A stretch of DNA of 64,000 bases from Podarcis erhardii (taxonomy: Eukaryota). Numbering within the stretch: position 1 is the first letter of the stretch; every line of letters starts with the position of its first letter. The translations under genes and the position numbers were made by a program. The stretch is from the NCBI GenBank assembly GCA_964252035.1, contig OZ176211.1; one strand, given 5' to 3'. Below, piece by piece: positions 61,674-64,000 of this stretch. The notes beneath the pieces were generated by a model. That model made no database searches, was not told where the DNA came from, and saw only the letters and a list, made by a program, of their open reading frames with translations.

Positions 61674-63993
61674 GTATTAGTGTCCAAACCTGCATTTAAT
61701 CTGATTATGATGAGGTTTGCTGATACAATGGATAGTTGAATAGATCCTTGTGTCTTAGCAAATGAGGTGGATTTTCGGCTTCCCTCGGTTTCCGGGCATG
61801 AGAGGAAATAAGGCTCTGATTGTCCACCAACACCTTCTGGAGCCCCTCAAACATCTTTGGGGTTTGATTGTGGGTGGAAATGAGCATAGCCCCCTCAGCG
61901 CCATATTGTAACACCGCGCTGGATGTCCCGGCTCTTTTATGGCTAGACCTGAAAGTTTCGCTCTGTGTGTGCAACTGGAGAAATGAAGAAAAATAACAAC
62001 AAATATGGAGCAGGCGTCTCTGGTATCTTTTCTGTCCCTCATGTAACGCTCCCCATTTCCTCTTTACCACCCTTCTAAAAAGGTGATCTGCTGCATAGGA
62101 AAGGAATGAAAAGATTGCAATAAAAGCAAAACCGAGTAAATAAAGTTGAGGGCAGAAGGAGAGGTTTTCTTTGCCAGCCTTTAATTGCCACTGAAACATT
62201 CTACAGTTGTAAACATTCCTTATTTATTCAGCCCAAATAGGCAGGCATTGTCTTGCTTTTATCGCAATCGTAATTATGGTGTCCTTTAAACTGGCTGATA
62301 GCTAGGGAGATAAGGGAATGTGCCTGTAGCTTCAGATCAAATCTCTCTCCGTCCCTCTCCCTCCCTCTCGCTCTCTCCCCCTCCCCGGGTCATCAGGATC
62401 CCCACAGTCCTTAGAGATGAGGAACGCTGGAAGACTCTGGCCTGGCCATTCCTTACGTCATGAAAGTGATTTGTACCACATTGCTAATTTGGTGCAATCC
62501 CTAACCCTTTGGATCTCGTGTGCGTTTGTAATTGCCTTTTGCTGCTTGCTTCAATTTTTGGTGCGTTATTTTTGGCGGCAATTTGGAGGGGGGCGTTTGG
62601 GGTGGGCAATATATCTTTTGCAATCGAGTCCAGGCGTGTGAGGGGGGGGGTTCTGCCCACCTGTACGTCAGAAACACCAGCGTGTCCCTGAGTCTTTGTT
62701 TACTGCACCTTTGTGTCTAATTAAAAATGCACACTTTTAGGATCCTCGCAGAACAAAGCCGCCCCAAATCCCCCTTTACGTCCAAGGATTTGCAAATTTA
62801 TAAAGGCTGCATTGAATTCGGGATGGGTCAAGGGGCAAAAAAAGGGTAGGAGGTCACTGCATTTTGATTATGGGTCAGTAGGCAACATGGCAGGCAGTTT
62901 GTGTCCCAAAAAACCTCTTCTTTAAAAGTGAGGTTTAAAAACAACAAGGATGAGCGAAGTTTCTAGGGGAAAATTTGACGATGAAAGAGAAGAAAAACTC
63001 TTTTCCTGATATTTGCAAAGCAAGAAGATATGTCCATGTGAGAAAACAAAGCAGCCCTCAACAGCACTATAAATTGTTGCTCTGTTTACAGAGAAATAAC
63101 TCACAGTGTGATGTGTTGCAGGATCTTAGCTATGGGTCTTGGAGTGTCCCCCACACCACGCAAAGCCTTTAACTATACTGGGTATTGCTGCAATGTGTCA
63201 AAAGGTGTCTATGCTTGTCCTTTTTAAAATAAGTGTATGTGGAGGGTTTTTTTAAAGTCTGCACTTACGTTTGGCTGAATGATATGGGGAGCTGAATGAC
63301 CCTTTTGACAGGTTTTGGTCCCTTTGCCATATTCCCCAACTGTTTCTTCCCCTCCCCCAATCCGCCCTGGATATATTATAGGGGGGACTACAGGCAATGC
63401 ACCAACTCTGAAAATCTAATTTAGGCTGGGAAATGATATATTTTTACCTCTGAAATAAAATAATAATGATTATAATAATTATATGCAGAATAACCCACGT
63501 ATAATAAACTGTGCCAATCGGAAAAGGGTTATAACCAAGAATAAGATAGTCTGGAGGTGGCTGTTGTAGTGTGAAAATGCACCAGGATACGGAGAATTCG
63601 AGGACCTAGTGAAAATAGAAGCTTAAAGTGCTGTTGCATTTCACAAGTAAACATTTAAAGGGCTGTAAATGGTGCTCTGAGTGACTTGCCCCAGAAATAA
63701 GAGGTCAGCCTGGATTGCAGGGCTGTTTAAACATAGTCATGATAATACAATGAAAATATATCAAAGCACAACCTCAGAGGGCGTTTTCAAATATATACCC
63801 CCCTCTCTCAAACGCAGACACACTCATCTCCCAGTAAACCCCCCTTTCCCCAAAAAAGCAGCGATACAAGGGAGCTTCTATATATTTTTAATACCACAGA
63901 GTAAAAACAACAACTATGCAATCTGAGATCAATGGGAATAGGTTTACAGCATTGGGTGAGGAATATTATTTTTCCTCGTTATTTTCTAATTAG

Positions 63994-64000
63994 GTTTGTC
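63994..64000 (+). other. SKIDA1: Candidate start of the next SKIDA1 5' exon (runs off the window)
   Basis: Polypyrimidine tract attatttttcctcgttattttctaattag|GTTTGTC with AG at 63992-63993. Confidence 0.3.

Overview
Vertebrate genomic DNA, almost certainly a squamate and probably a lacertid lizard, judged from Sauria SINEs and lizard-type CR1/L2/MITE repeats. The window holds the 5' part of MLLT10 (AF10, the DOT1L cofactor) on the minus strand. Seven coding exons (exons 2-8, 708 nt, 236 aa) cover the PHD-Zn knuckle-PHD (PZP) domain and the start of the Lys/Ser-rich linker. All have canonical AG/GT ends and consistent phases, and the gene continues off the left edge. A CpG-island promoter lies at about 45.5-47.4 kb. 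The CpG-retaining 54-64 kb block looks like the head-to-head promoter and non-coding 5' exons of SKIDA1; this rests on recalled synteny, and its CDS is not in the window. Introns carry three Sauria SINEs, two CR1s, L2 tails, several MITEs and a decayed DIRS element that the ORF track misses. The most interesting signal is a set of exon-like units inside MLLT10 introns. A CpG-retaining cassette in intron 2 would either insert 25 aa into the PHD1 His-x2-Cys zinc site or cause a frameshift and NMD, depending on which AG is used. A 32-nt stop-containing micro-exon sits in intron 8. Together they suggest unproductive-splicing control of AF10. These are sequence-based predictions and need RNA-seq and conservation checks.
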